A stretch of DNA of 64,000 nucleotides from positions 43,650,001 to 43,714,000 of the forward strand of contig NC_086097.1 in NCBI RefSeq assembly GCF_963921235.1. Direction: 5' to 3'. How positions within the stretch are numbered: position 1 is the stretch's first letter; every line of letters starts with the position of its first letter. Positions 39,999 to 52,289 of this stretch are shown in pieces. Position numbers and translations under genes: made by a program. The stretch is from Mobula hypostoma (lineage: Eukaryota). Under the pieces are notes generated by a model, which made no database searches, was not told the origin of the DNA, and saw only the letters and a list, made by a program, of their open reading frames with translations.

Positions 39999-41066
39999 GA
40001 TGCACTTAGTTAGGTTATTGATTTATCTACCTTGACATGCTTGAAAGCCACCAGTAAGTCCTATTTGGTGATTTGTACCTGGACCAAGGAATCATGACTC
40101 ATTTGCTTTGTTCCAAATTAAGGATTTTAATTTGTGGATTACTTCTTCCTTTTTTCATAAGTATTTTAGATTTAATATAATTTTACACACACAGGCCCCA
40201 AAGAGCTCCTGTGTCAGTCATCCAGCCTCATTTTCCAGCAGATGATCAGGTGTTGCTCTTTATTAGATCCATAAACATGCTGTTTGAGAAAACTTCCCAT
40301 GGCACATTTAAAATATTGTCTTAGGGAAATTGGTATAACCTACCATTACAATCCTATTATTCTTACAGATGTCTGTCAACATATCTGTCAGGTATCTTCC
40401 AGAAAAACGGTGGCAGGTATACACGCAGCAGCCTCTCGGAGTGAACCAAAGGTGTTTTTTCTTTGTTAAATGGTGTTTCTATACAGAATAAGACTATTCT
40501 TGACTCCAATAACTGCATGTAAAGCAAGTCCACTGCATCAGCTAGCTATTCATTGCTCAGAGTAGCCAGTTGGCAGTTCAGAGAAAGCGAGTCAGCCCAC
40601 TGAACTGAGAGATTTGAGCCAGGCTGCTGAGCCCGGGAGATTCAAACAGGGCTGCAGGAGGAGATGGATTGTGTACAGAAGAGCTGACCTGGGTGGAGAT
40701 TGTGCTGCTGCCTGCTACTAGGAGGCACTGGAGTTGATGCCTTCGTGTTGATGCAAAGGCGGCGAGTAGTGAAACTGAGAATGACGGTCTTGGATGTTTC
40801 TTTTGCGATCGCAACACCCTGTTGGAACATTAATTGCTGCAAGCCTGTTTCCCTTGTTCAGAGGGGAGACAGGCAGTGAGGCAGCAGTGTTGCCTCGGTT
40901 ATAGTGAGGACTAGGCCTCAATCCTCAGGCTTGTGTTGTAGTGTGGTGTCTGGGCTCAGTGTGGGGGCGGGGGGGGGTGGTGGTGGCCTCACTGTTTGGT
41001 GCTGCCATCCAGTGTTGGATCAGTGGAATTACAGGTTGGACTGCTGGGAACCAATTTGCAAGATAT

Positions 41067-43712
41067 CATAGAAAACATAGAACATAGAAAGCCTACAGCA
41101 TAATACAGGCCCATTGGCTCACAAAGTTGGGCCGAAATTACCTTAGAAATTAGGGTTACCCATAGCCCTCTATTTTTCTAAGCTCCTTGTACCTATCCAA
41201 AAGTCTCTTAAAAGACCCTATCATATCTGCCTCCACCACACGCATTCACCATTCTCTGCATTAAAAAAAAACTTACCCCTGACATCTCCTCTGTACCTGC
41301 TCCCAAGCACCTTAAACCTGTGCCCTCTTGTGGCAGCCATTTCAGCCCTGGAAAAAAGCCTCTGACAATCCACACGATCAATGCCCCTCATCATCTTATA
41401 CACCTCTATCAGGTCACCTCTCATCCTCCGTCGCTCCAAGGAGAAAAGGCCGAGTTCACTCAACCCGCCTTCATAACGCACGCTCGCCAATCTAGGCAAC
41501 ATCGTTGTAAATCTCCTCTGCACTCTTCCTACAGTTTCCACATCCTTCCTGTAGTGAGGTGACCAGAACTAAGTACAGTACTCCAAGTTGGGGTCTGACC
41601 AGGGTCCTATATAGCTACAACATTACCTCTCGGTTCCTAAATTCAATTCCACAATTGATGAAGGCCAATGCACCGTATGCCTTCTTAACCACAGAGTCAA
41701 CCTGTGCAGCTGTTTTGAGCATCCTATGGACTCGGATCCCAAGATCCCTCTGATCCTCCACACTGCCAAGAGTCTCATCATGACAAAGCTATGCTGACTA
41801 TTCCAAATGTTCATAAATCCTGCCTCTCAGGATCTTCTCCATCAACTTAACAACCACTGAAGTAAGACTCACTGGTCTATAATTTCCTGGGCTACCTCTA
41901 CTCCCTTTCTTGATTAAGGGAACAACATCTACAACCCTCCAATCCTCTGGAACCTCTCCCGTCCCCATTGATGATCATTGCCAGAGGCTCAGCAATCTCC
42001 TCCCTTGCCTCCCACAGTCGCCTGGGGTACATCTCATCCGGTCCCGGCGACTTATCCAACTTGATGCTTTCCAAAAGCTCCAGCACATCCTCTTTCTTAA
42101 CATCTACATGCTCAAGCTTTTCAGTCCGCTGCAAGTCATTACCACAATCACCAAGATCCTTTTCTTAATGAATACTGAAGTAAAGTATTCATTAAGTAAC
42201 TCTGCTATTTCCTCCGGTTCCATACACACCTTCCGACTGTCACACTTGATAGGTCCTATTCTTTCACGTCTCATCCTCTTGCTCTTCACATACTTGTAGA
42301 ATGCCTCGGGGTTTTCCTTAATCCTGCCTGCCAAGGCCTTCTCATGACCTTCTGGCTCTCCTAATTTCCTTCTTAAGCTCCTTCCTGTTAGCCTTGTAAT
42401 CTTCTAGATCTCTAACATTACCTAGCTCTCTGAACCTTTCGCAAGTTTTTCTTTTCTTCTTGACTAGATTTACTACAGCCTGTGTACACCACGGTTCCTG
42501 TACCCTACCATAACTTCCCTGTCTCACTGGAACATACCTATGCAGAATTCCACACAAATATCCCCTGAACATTTGCAACATTCCTTCTGTACCTTTCCCT
42601 GAGAACATCTGTTCCCAATTTAAGTTTCCACATTCCTGTCTGATAGCCTCATAATTCCCCTTACTCCAATTAAACGCTTTTCTAACTTGTCTGTTCCTAT
42701 CTCTCTCCAATGCTATTGTAAAGGAGATAGTGATCATAATTCTATCCCCAAAATGCTCTCCCACTGAGAGATATGACACCTGACCAGGTTCATTTGCCAA
42801 TACCAAATCAAGTACAGCCTCTTCTCTTGTGGGCTTATCTACATATTGTGTCAAGCAATCTTCCTTAACACACCTAACAAACTCCACCCCATCTAAGCCC
42901 CTCGCTCTAGGGAGATGCCAATTGATATTTGGGAAATTAAAAACTCCCACCACGACAACTGTTATTATTACACCTATCCAGGATCTGTTTCCTTATCTGC
43001 TCCTTGATATCCCTGTTACTATTGGGCGGCCTATAAAAAACACCCAGTAGAGTTATTGACCCCTTCCTGTTCCTAACCTCCACCCACAGAGACTCCGTAG
43101 ACAATCCATGACGTCCAACTTTTCTGCAACCGTGACACTATCTCTGATCAACAGTGCCACGCCCCCACCTTTTTTGCCTCCCTCCCTATCCTTTCTGAAA
43201 CATCTAAAACCTGGCACTTGAAGTAACCATTCCTGTCCCTGAGCCATCCAAGTCTCTGTAATGGCCACATCATAGCTCCAAGTATTGATCCACTCTCTAA
43301 GCTCATCCGCTTTGTTCACAATACTTCTTGCGTTAAAATAGACACAACTCAAATTGTCAGTCTGAGCGCATCCTTTCTCTATCACCTGCCTATCTGCCCT
43401 CACGCACCGTTTCCAAGCTTTCTCTATTTGTGAGCCAACTGCTTCTTCCCCAGTCTCTTCAGTTCGGTTCCCACCCAACAATTCTAGTTTAAGCTCTCCC
43501 CAGTAGCCTTAGCAAACCTCCCCGTAATGATATTGGTCCCCTGGGATTCAAGTGCAACCCGTCCTTTTTGTACTTGTCACACCTGCCCCAAAAGAGGTCC
43601 CAATGATCCAGAAATCTGAATCCCTGCCCCCTGCTCCAATCTCTCACCCACACATTTATCCTCCACCTCATTCTATTCCTGCACTCACTGTCACGTGGCA
43701 CAGGCAGTAATC
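41067..43712 (-). mobile_element. CR1 LINE with ORF1 esterase remnant, APE endonuclease and partial RT (internally deleted)
   Basis: GFRFLDHWDLFWGR..KKDGLHLN (SGNH/GDSL-like ORF1); YFNARSIVNK, AITETW, GGGVALLIR (APE); KSPGPDEMYPR; (ttctatg)n tail at about 41067-41090. Confidence 0.9.
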
Positions 43713-45555
43713 TGAATATTGCTCAGGGTCTTGACTAAAAATGTGTTTCCTTACATGACCTATATTCTTCTTTTTTTCCCTTTCCCGTTATTTTGAACAC
43801 TTGTGTATGTTTTTGCCCTTTGGCCCCAGAGAAATGTTGTATCATTCTGCTGTATCCATGTATGGATTGAATGGCAAACTTGATTTGATTTAATTTCCAT
43901 GGACTATTGCAGGGTGGTGATGCTATGATCCTTAAGTGATCATCTCCTGTTTATTTTTACATTTGACTCATACAGCCTCATTGGATGATCCCAAAAATAT
44001 CCTAGGACCACTGTAATGTTTTCCTTAATCAAAAATGGAACTCTGCCTCCCCTCTCCCCTGCCTCTATTACACCTGCAACATTTATATTTTGGAACACTG
44101 AGCTGCCAGTCCAGCCCCTTTCTGAACTATGTTTCTGTTATAGCTATAACATCACAGCTTTATGTATCAATCCATGCCCCAGATTTCTATGCCTTACCTA
44201 TCAGGGTTCTTACAGTGTAGTTCATCAGACCTTTCCCATTTCCAGTCTTTCCTCCACCTATCTTGTCTACTGATCTTTCTCACTTTTACATTTATAGTTG
44301 TCTCAATTTTCCTATTTGCAACACTGCAGGTTTGGATCTCAAAGCAGTAACATGTTTCCTGCCAACCAACTTTCAATCAATGCCAGTCTATCATATCAAT
44401 CCCTTGTGCTTTAAAATTTTCGGACTCACATGGGACAACATAGGCATTCTGAAAATTTAAATAGACTACACTGGCTTTTCCCTCATCTATTCAACCAGTT
44501 AGGCCTCAACCATTTCTAACACACGTTAAAGATATGTACAAAGCAGCAAATAGTATTATGGCCAAATCTGGTAATGATAACAAGTTGCAAGGAAGGCACA
44601 ATGAACTTGCAGAAGGGATATAGACAGTTAAGTGTGCTAATTTGAAGATGATAGCATTATTCTTACCACAACAATGCATTTGGGATTCTGGCAAATTAGG
44701 GAAATCAGTTCTTTCTTTTTAAAAGAATGGGATTAAGAATTGAGAGAACACTGAAAAACAGGGTAAATTTGAATTCAGTGCAGTCATATGGGACAAAGGA
44801 AGAGAAAAATCTAAAAAATTAAATTTTTATATTATTAATAATCTGAAGACTACATACTTTAAACTACTCATATCCTTTATAATTCAATTAATAAACAGAT
44901 GCAATGTCATGAGAGGTTTATGAGTTTTGCAAAGCTTATGAAGCAGTATTAATCAGATTGAAAAGTAATGATCATCATCTCCCTCTTGTAGCAAATTTCT
45001 GACCAATTTAATTGTTAAAGAGTTTGCAAAACATACTGTGGTTAACTGAGTGGGTGAGAAAGAATCAAATAGCATATTAAATGAAGTACGAGGTTCTTTA
45101 CTTTGGTTGGAAGATAATCAAAATAAAATTTTCAAGTGGTTAAAACCATCAAATGTTGCTATAGATTTTTAGTATGCTGGCATATAAAATTCTTAATACA
45201 TGGTCAGCAATTTAAGACTGACAAGAAAACAAATAGTGAATTGTTTTCAAAATGTCAGTGCAGTTTCATCATTTCCTGCATCAGGAACATAATACTGTCA
45301 TGTTCAGAGGACCAAATGAACAGGAAACACATCTAACTTTTAAAGAAAAAACTACTTGAAGGTAACAAGTGAATTATATCTCAGCAGGTCTAACAGACTA
45401 CAGCTTTTCGTACCCTTCATGTATTGGAAACACCAGATGGAAAATATGATATAGAGAAAAATAGAAAATACAAGGAAAAATAATAAACACAGGACTACCC
45501 ATGGATGTCAAAGATCATAAACTTTGAATAGTTGAATATCAATTCTATACGGTAC

Positions 45556-45666
45556 CTGTAGATGAGGCCACGCAGCCTCCAATGTTGGTTCATCCTCTTC
45601 AGGATCAAACTCTGCACCTGTGGGGTTTGATGAAGGTGGTAATGTCCGAAACATGTTCACTGCAAA
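45556..45666 (-). CDS. PPP2R5C: PP2A B56-gamma exon, 111 nt: [37 protein letters not shown]
   Basis: ttcag| acceptor and CAG|gtaccg donor; FAVNMFR is gamma-type (delta has FSVNLFR). Confidence 0.97.
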
Positions 45667-46485
45667 CTGAAAAGTTGTTGAGAGGTTAGATGTACACACA
45701 TTCACTGTAAAAGTGTGTAAAATATTGCTTTGTTTAGAAATACAGTTTGTCTGTGCACATCCCCTTAAATTTAAAATATGCTTGCAACATTACAAATGGC
45801 TATCTAACAAAGAGCATTGTCCTAGTCATAGCAACTCATGAAGTTCATACCAATTACATTACTCTGCTTTATTCCTGTAACCTTACAAATATTTCCCTCA
45901 AATATCTGTGCAATATTCTTTTGAAATCCTTGATCATTTCCACTTTCACACATGAACCAGGTCTTTCAATTCATTGTGGAGTATTAAAGGTCTTCCACAT
46001 ATGCCATATCCCACCCCTATATTTCTATGGCGTCTTATTCTTATACGGGTCATTAATGATAACAGTTCTTTGTGCACCTTATCTAAACCTGCCAGGACAG
46101 CCATTAAATTTCTCCTGAATCATCTCAAGGACCAGACCGGAACTAGAAGCAATACTCTAGACATGGTCTGATAAAGAGTTAGCATAATTTCTCTGCTTTT
46201 GCATATAACACCTGTATTTATGAAGCCTGAAATTCTGCATATGTTTTGCTAACTATATCATGCCATCTTTAAAGGTCTATGCATACAAATACCCATGTAC
46301 CTGTACATCATTAATTTTACACTGAATCTTCCTACCACTTTTTTACTGCATTAACCAACCACTTTTCTGCCCTGTTAATGAATTGGATCATCCTTGCTCT
46401 CCAACATACCCTCAAGTTTGACATCTGTAAATTTTTGAAAAATTACTGTATTCCAAATAAACCAACAAATTTGTAACGATCTTTT

Positions 46486-46833
46486 AAGGTGGCAGGGTGA
46501 AAATACGTCTCTACCAAAGGAGGTGCAAGGTACTCCCTCCCTCCGCTAGCCTGTAGGTCATCCTTGAACAAGGTGTAGCACCTGCTCAGCACCCCTCACT
46601 GATGAGGGTCACACGAATCCATGGGAGTAGGTGGTGGATAGTTACATGTGTACATCACAAGTCCTAGTTATGTGACCACTGACACTAATCTCTGAAGAAC
46701 ATTGATAATAGCTGGGGTCAACTGTCTTGTAAAGACACTGCCCAGAGGGAATGGCAAACCACTTCTGTAGGAAAAATTTGCTAACAATCATGGTCATAGG
46801 AAGACCATGATCACCCACAAAGACATGACACAC
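46486..46833 (+). mobile_element. Short retroposon with an RTE-like tail
   Basis: atggcaaaccacttctgta resembles the RTE/BovB 3' motif; terminal hairpin tcatggtc..gaccatga; imperfect flanking repeat aac(g)atctttt. Confidence 0.5.
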
Positions 46834-49444
46834 AACATCTTTTGGTAATTGTTTGAATAAATGCACTGCAGCACATTTTTTAAACTTGGACCACTAATAC
46901 CCAACTTTCAGGAGATACATGTTCACGGACATCATTACATTTATGAAAATCAGCTAAATTTTCGTCAACAAAATGTGATTAAAAGTGGATCAAAATGAAT
47001 TATACCATTTTAATTTACAGCACATTATTTTTTTTCTTTGTAATGCCAAAATAACCACCACTCAAACAAAAACCTCTTTGCTCAGTCTCTTTATTACTCA
47101 ATTCAAACTGAAGCCGCTGTTGAAGGCTGGACAGGAGAACAACAAATGAGGTAGATTATACTTGCATTTCTTTCTTATGTATTATGACAAATGCTGACAA
47201 AACTGAATTGTTAAATTAAAATCTGCCTTTGCCTTGAGATTGGAGCCAAAATTTTACATCATAGAAAACTTACAACACAGGTGACATCAATTCAGCCCAT
47301 TCTGTCAATGCTGGGGTTGGGGGGAAGGGAGGAAATAATCATTATTCTAACTAAAATCTCACAATTAACTCAGACTTGGCAATATGTAGGAGTACAAGAG
47401 ACTACAGAAAAAAAAGAGGGCTATACAGTAGGGAGATTCTAGGCAGTTTCTAGAGTAGGGTACATGGTCGGCATAACAATATGGGCTGAAGGACCTGTAA
47501 TGTGCTGTAGATTTCTATGTTTCTAGAGTCAAAACTGACAGGAATTTTATGTGAAAGGAGACAACAATGTGATCACATTTAACAATTCACTAGTTTATTT
47601 CCCTTCTAACCCCTTCCCTCAGGAGGTTTTTTTAAAAAAATCAGTTATGACATATTTTTAAATGTTATTTCTTATAACTGACAATAGCTTAATAATCATG
47701 TGGGTTGTAGCCTGAGGAGTAGGGCGGGGGATCATGAAAAACTTTATTCCATCACACAGGTGAAGAGCATCTTTACAAATGAAATCAGTTGCTCAGGATT
47801 GTCCGAGTACACATGATCTGATCTCATCTTGGCTCATCTCTCTTGGGGTTCATCAACATCCTTTATAATCTTCAGTCAGTAAACTAAATTATGGAGGATG
47901 CAGTGATAGCATAGGCTTAATCTCTTTGCTTGGATGTACTACTATCAATGATAAGCAACTTTACTGAAATATTCCAGAAATTCTGAAGGTGGCTTGATTA
48001 CCACAGATGTAGTTGGCATATCAATTACAATTTTACTGGTAGATTGTTAGGAACTTCTGGAGATGTGCTCTAACCCATGAGCTTCTCCCAAAGTTATCAC
48101 AAGCAACCAGGAGGAACTCCCACTGAAATTATAACAACACCTCAAGACAAGACCAAAATTTATTTTTCAGAAGCATGGTAATTTTTAAACAGTCAAAAAA
48201 CTTTTGTTCAGTTAAGAGCAGTGAATTGTTTGATGTGGCAATATATCCAACATAATAAAAGTTTACAACATAATCTACTGGATCAGCAATACAAAAACAA
48301 TTTATACCAATCTGAGTCAAGAGACCTCATTCTTTGCATAAACACAATGAACAAAATGTTAAACAGAATAGTCTGGTTTAAGTAAGTTTGTCTTAAAACT
48401 AAAAATTGTGGGTAAGTTATGGTAAACAAAACTATGAAGCAAATTTTAATAATGTGACTAACTACTGCCAAATGAACACAATAATTCTAGTATCAGTAGT
48501 ATGTATGCATTCTTTGAAGATTGAGATGAAAGAGTATAACGTCAAAAAGGCATTTTTACAAATTAAAAAGAAACCTAGATGGCTAATGCATTTAAGTTTC
48601 TTTCCAATTGAACCAAAATCCCATATACTTGATTTAACATTGGATGCATTTTCATGTAGTCCCTCAATCATTTTGTATAATGTGTTACTTGTTTTATTAC
48701 CTGCTTGTTAAAAACAAAATGCATTTTAGTTCCTAAGCATTTTGTAACTATTCCATTTCTTATGGGGTTGAATATGAAGTCCTAATTACCTTCCATCATT
48801 TACCAGTCATATTTCACTTTTTCCACTATTTATTAAAGGATTCTATGATCAGGAATATACTACATTAGTTTCTTATTTTAAGCAAGCAAACGCCGGTTTC
48901 ATTCTTTCACAACCCAGGTGTTACAAATCCTTTGGCTAGTACTTTTACACATGGCTTTAGCAGGAAATGGAACACCTCGTTCCTGTTGTTTCCTATCATA
49001 CCTACACCCTTACACCCTTTCATGCCAGAAAAACACTCCTGACATACAAAACAGCAATTCACATGGACTTTCTCCAATCGAGTATAACATGCTCAATCTT
49101 CAAAGCAATCTGCTCTATATTAGGAAGTCCAAATGTAGACTAAGTGATTACTTCAATAAACAGCAGCATTACCTGCAAGGGTGATAAGAAAGACTCAGTA
49201 ATTATTTTCATTTTTACTACCCATTTTTGGTACTTTTGGAGTATGTTTCAAAACTATTTGAATGGTCACCAATTTTATATTTCTGCTCCCTGAAATAGAT
49301 TACACCCATAGTATTGACATGGGTACAATCTATCTGAGGGGACAGAAAACAACAGGAATTCTGCAGATGCTGGAAATTCAAGCAACACACATCAAAGTTG
49401 CTGGTGAACGCAGCAGGCCAAGCAGCATCTATAGGAAGAGGCGC

Positions 49445-49480
49445 AGTCGACGTTTCAGGCCGAGACCCTTCGTCAGGACT
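49445..49480 (-). ncRNA. Minimal type I hammerhead ribozyme; predicted cut after GUC, between 49449 and 49448
   Basis: Stem I AGTC/GACT, core CUGACGA, stem II GGGU/GCCU with a CUCG loop, GAAA, and a loopless palindromic stem III ACGU. Confidence 0.85.
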
Positions 49481-49769
49481 AACTGAAGGAAGAGTGAGTA
49501 AGGGATTTGAAAGCTGGAGGGGGAGGGGGAGATGCAAAATGATAGGAGAAGACAGGAGGGGGAGGGATAGAGCCGAGAGCTGGACAGGTGATAGGCAAAA
49601 GGGGATACGAGAGGATCATGGGACAGGAGGTCCGGGAAGAAGGGGGGGGGGTGACCCAGAGGATGGGCAAGAGGTATATTCAGAGGGACAGAGGGAGAAA
49701 AAGGAGAGTGAGAGAAAGAATGTGTGCATAAAAATGAGTAACAGATGGGGTACGAGGGGGAGGTGGGGC

Positions 49770-52136
49770 CTAGCGGAAGTTAGAGAAGTCAATGTTCATG
49801 CCATCAGGTTGGAGGCTACCCATACGGAATATAAGGTGTTGTTCCTCCAACCTGAGTGTGGCTTCATCTTTACAGTAGAGGAGGCCGTGGATAGACATGT
49901 CAGAATGGGAATGGGATGTGGAATTAAAATGTGTGGCCACTGGGAGATCCTGCTTTCTCTGGCGGACAGAGCGTAGATGTTCAGCAAAGCGGTCTCCCAG
50001 TCTGCGTCGGGTCTCACCAATATATAAAAGGCCACATCGGGAGCACCGGACGCAGTATATCACCCCAGTCGACTCACAGGTGAAGTGATGCCTCACCTGG
50101 AAGGACTGTTTGGGGCCCTGAATGGTGGTAAGGGAGGAAGTGTAAGGGCATGTGTAGCACTTGTTCCGCTTACACGGATAAGTGCCAGGAGGGAGATCAG
50201 TGGGGAGGGATGGGGGGGACGAATGGACAAGGGAGTTGTGTAGGGAGCGATCCCTGCGGAATGCAGAGAGAGGGGGGGAGGGAAAGATGTGCTTAGTGGT
50301 GGGATCCCGTTGGAGGTGGCGGAAGTTACGGAGAATAATATGTTGGACCCGGAGGCTGGTGGGGTGGTAGGTGAGGACCAGGGGAACCCTATTCCTCGTG
50401 GGGTGGTGGGAGGATGGAGTGAGAGCAGATGTACGTGAAATGGGGGAGATGCGTTTAAGAGCAGAGTTGATAGTGGAGGAAGGGAAGCCCCTTTCTTTAA
50501 AAAATGAAGACATCTCCCTCGTCCTAGAATGAAAAGCCTCATCCTGACAGCAGATGCGGCGGAGACGGAGGAATTGCGAGAAGGGGATGGCGTTTCTGCA
50601 AGAGACAGGGTGAGTAGAGGAATAGTCCAGATAGCTGTGAGAGTCAGTAGGCTTATAGTAGACATCAGTGGATAAGCTGTCTCCAGAGACAGAGACAGAA
50701 AGATCTAGAAAGGGGAGGGAGGTGTCGGAAATGGACCAGGTAAACTTGAGGGCAGGGTGAAAGTTGGAGGCAAAGTTAATAAAGTCAACGAGTTCTGCAT
50801 GCGTGCAGGAAGCAGCGCCAATGCAGTCGTCGATGTAGTGAAGGAAAAGTGGGGGACAGATACCAGAATAGGCACGGAACATAGATTGTTCCACAAACCC
50901 AACAAAAAGGCAGGCATAGCTGGGACCCATACGGGTGCCCATAGCTACACCTTTAGTTTGGAGGAAATGGGAGGAGCAAAAGGAGAAATTATTAAGAGTA
51001 AGGACTAATTCCGCTAGATGGAGCAGAGTGGTGGTAGAGGGGAACTGATTAGGTCTGGAATCCAAAAAGAAGCGTAGAGCTTTGAGACCTTCCTGATGGG
51101 GGATGGAAGTATATAAGGACTGGACATCCATGGTGAAAATAAAGCGGTGGGGGCCAGGGAACTTAAAATCATCGAAAAGTTTAAGAGCGTGAGAAGTGTC
51201 ACGGACATAGGTCGGAAGGGATTGAACAAGGGGTGATAAAACAGTGTCGAGGTATGCAGAAACGAGTTCGGTGGGGCAGGAGCAAGCTGAGACAATAGGT
51301 CTGCCAGGACAGGCAGGTTTGTGGATCTTGGGTAGGAGGTAGAAACGGGAAGTGCGGGGTGTGGGAACTATAAGGTTGGTAGCAGTGGATGGGAGATCCC
51401 CTGAGCGGATAAAGTCGTTGATAGTGTGGGAGACAATGGCCTGGTGCTCCTTAGTGGGGTCACGATCGAGGGGTAAATAAGAGGAGGTATCCGCGAGTTG
51501 TCGCTGTGCCTCGGCAAGGTAGAGGTCAGTACGCCAGACTACAACAGCACCCCCTTTATCAGTGGGTTTAATAATAATGTTAGGATTAGTGCGGAGGGAG
51601 TGGAGAGCAGAGCGTTCCGAAGGAGTGAGGTTGGAATGGGGACAAGGTGCGGTGAAGTCGAGACGGTTGATGTCCAGTCGGCAGTTGGCAATAAAGAGAT
51701 CCAGAGCAGGCAGAAGACCAGAGCGGGGTGTCCATGAAGAAGAGGAGGGTCGAAGACGGGAGAAGGGGTCATCGGTGGGGGTGGAAGGGTCCTTGCCGAA
51801 GAAGTAGGCTCGGAGACGGAGACGGCGGAAGAAAAGTTCCGCATCGTGGCGAACACGGAACTCGCTGTGGTGTGGGCGAAGGGGGACAAACGTGAGGCCC
51901 TTACTGAGAACAGAGCGTTCTGCCTCCGACAGTTGAAGGTCGGAGGGGATGGTAAAGACCCGGCACGGATGAGAGCTGGGATCAGAGGGGGGAGGGGGGA
52001 GGCTGGGGGTGTCAGTGGAGAGGGGAGGGTTGGGGTGAGAGAAAGATGGAGCCTCTGAGGGCCCAGGAGCTGACGGTGGGATCTGAGGAAGACGGGGCTG
52101 CGGAGTGGTGGTGGGGGAAGGGGAGACGGGAGTCAC
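49770..52136 (-). CDS. Penelope-like reverse transcriptase plus GIY-YIG endonuclease
   Basis: IIKPTDKGGAVVV, FYLLPKIHK..PGRPIVS, MDVQSLYTSIP, GVAMGTRMGPSYA, YIDD, LPFLD; Cys linker CKRNKCYTC; VIYCVRCSRCGLLYIGET..RFAEH. The ORF starts at GTG with an in-frame stop just upstream, so the true start is uncertain. Confidence 0.93.
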   Translation of the reverse strand: MTPVSPSPTTTPQPRLPQIPPSAPGPSEAPSFSHPNPPLSTDTPSLPPPPSDPSSHPCRVFTIPSDLQLSEAERSVLSKGLTFVPLRPHHSEFRVRHDAELFFRRLRLRAYFFGKDPSTPTDDPFSRLRPSSSSWTPRSGLLPALDLFIANCRLDINRLDFTAPCPHSNLTPSERSALHSLRTNPNIIIKPTDKGGAVVVWRTDLYLAEAQRQLADTSSYLPLDRDPTKEHQAIVSHTINDFIRSGDLPSTATNLIVPTPRTSRFYLLPKIHKPACPGRPIVSACSCPTELVSAYLDTVLSPLVQSLPTYVRDTSHALKLFDDFKFPGPHRFIFTMDVQSLYTSIPHQEGLKALRFFLDSRPNQFPSTTTLLHLAELVLTLNNFSFCSSHFLQTKGVAMGTRMGPSYACLFVGFVEQSMFRAYSGICPPLFLHYIDDCIGAASCTHAELVDFINFASNFHPALKFTWSISDTSLPFLDLSVSVSGDSLSTDVYYKPTDSHSYLDYSSTHPVSCRNAIPFSQFLRLRRICCQDEAFHSRTREMSSFFKERGFPSSTINSALKRISPISRTSALTPSSHHPTRNRVPLVLTYHPTSLRVQHIILRNFRHLQRDPTTKHIFPSPPLSAFRRDRSLHNSLVHSSPPSLPTDLPPGTYPCKRNKCYTCPYTSSLTTIQGPKQSFQVRHHFTCESTGVIYCVRCSRCGLLYIGETRRRLGDRFAEHLRSVRQRKQDLPVATHFNSTSHSHSDMSIHGLLYCKDEATLRLEEQHLIFRMGSLQPDGMNIDFSNFR

Positions 52137-52289
52137 AACAGCAGCACATCAAGACCCGGCCTGGTGTTCAAGGCTGGAGTTGCAGTTGGTGGTTGCGTAA
52201 TCACTTCGAATGTGTCCATGGTCGTTGCTGGAGTCCGGGTTTTGAATATGTCCTGAGGTGTTGGAGGGGACAGAAGTAGGGTAGTGCTT

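Larger units (their letters stand above)
49348..52263 (-). mobile_element. Penelope-like retroelement (Neptune-like), 5'-truncated and young
   Basis: Perfect 12-bp TSD gaggggacagaa (49336-49347 and 52264-52275); RT + GIY-YIG ORF; CpG-rich; hammerhead in the 3' region. Confidence 0.93.

Noticed and set aside
40200..41060. GC-richer stretch that might be a gag/ORF1 remnant or a host exon
   Set aside because: No sustained ORF, motif or boundaries that could be supported.
46598..46625. ctgatgag..cgaa hammerhead-like motif in the RTE-tailed retroposon
   Set aside because: No convincing stem II, GAAT instead of GAAA, and no stem I or III; probably chance.
49398..52279. Many short overlapping ORFs on both strands of the Penelope element
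   Set aside because: Shadow frames of GC-rich coding sequence with no independent motifs.
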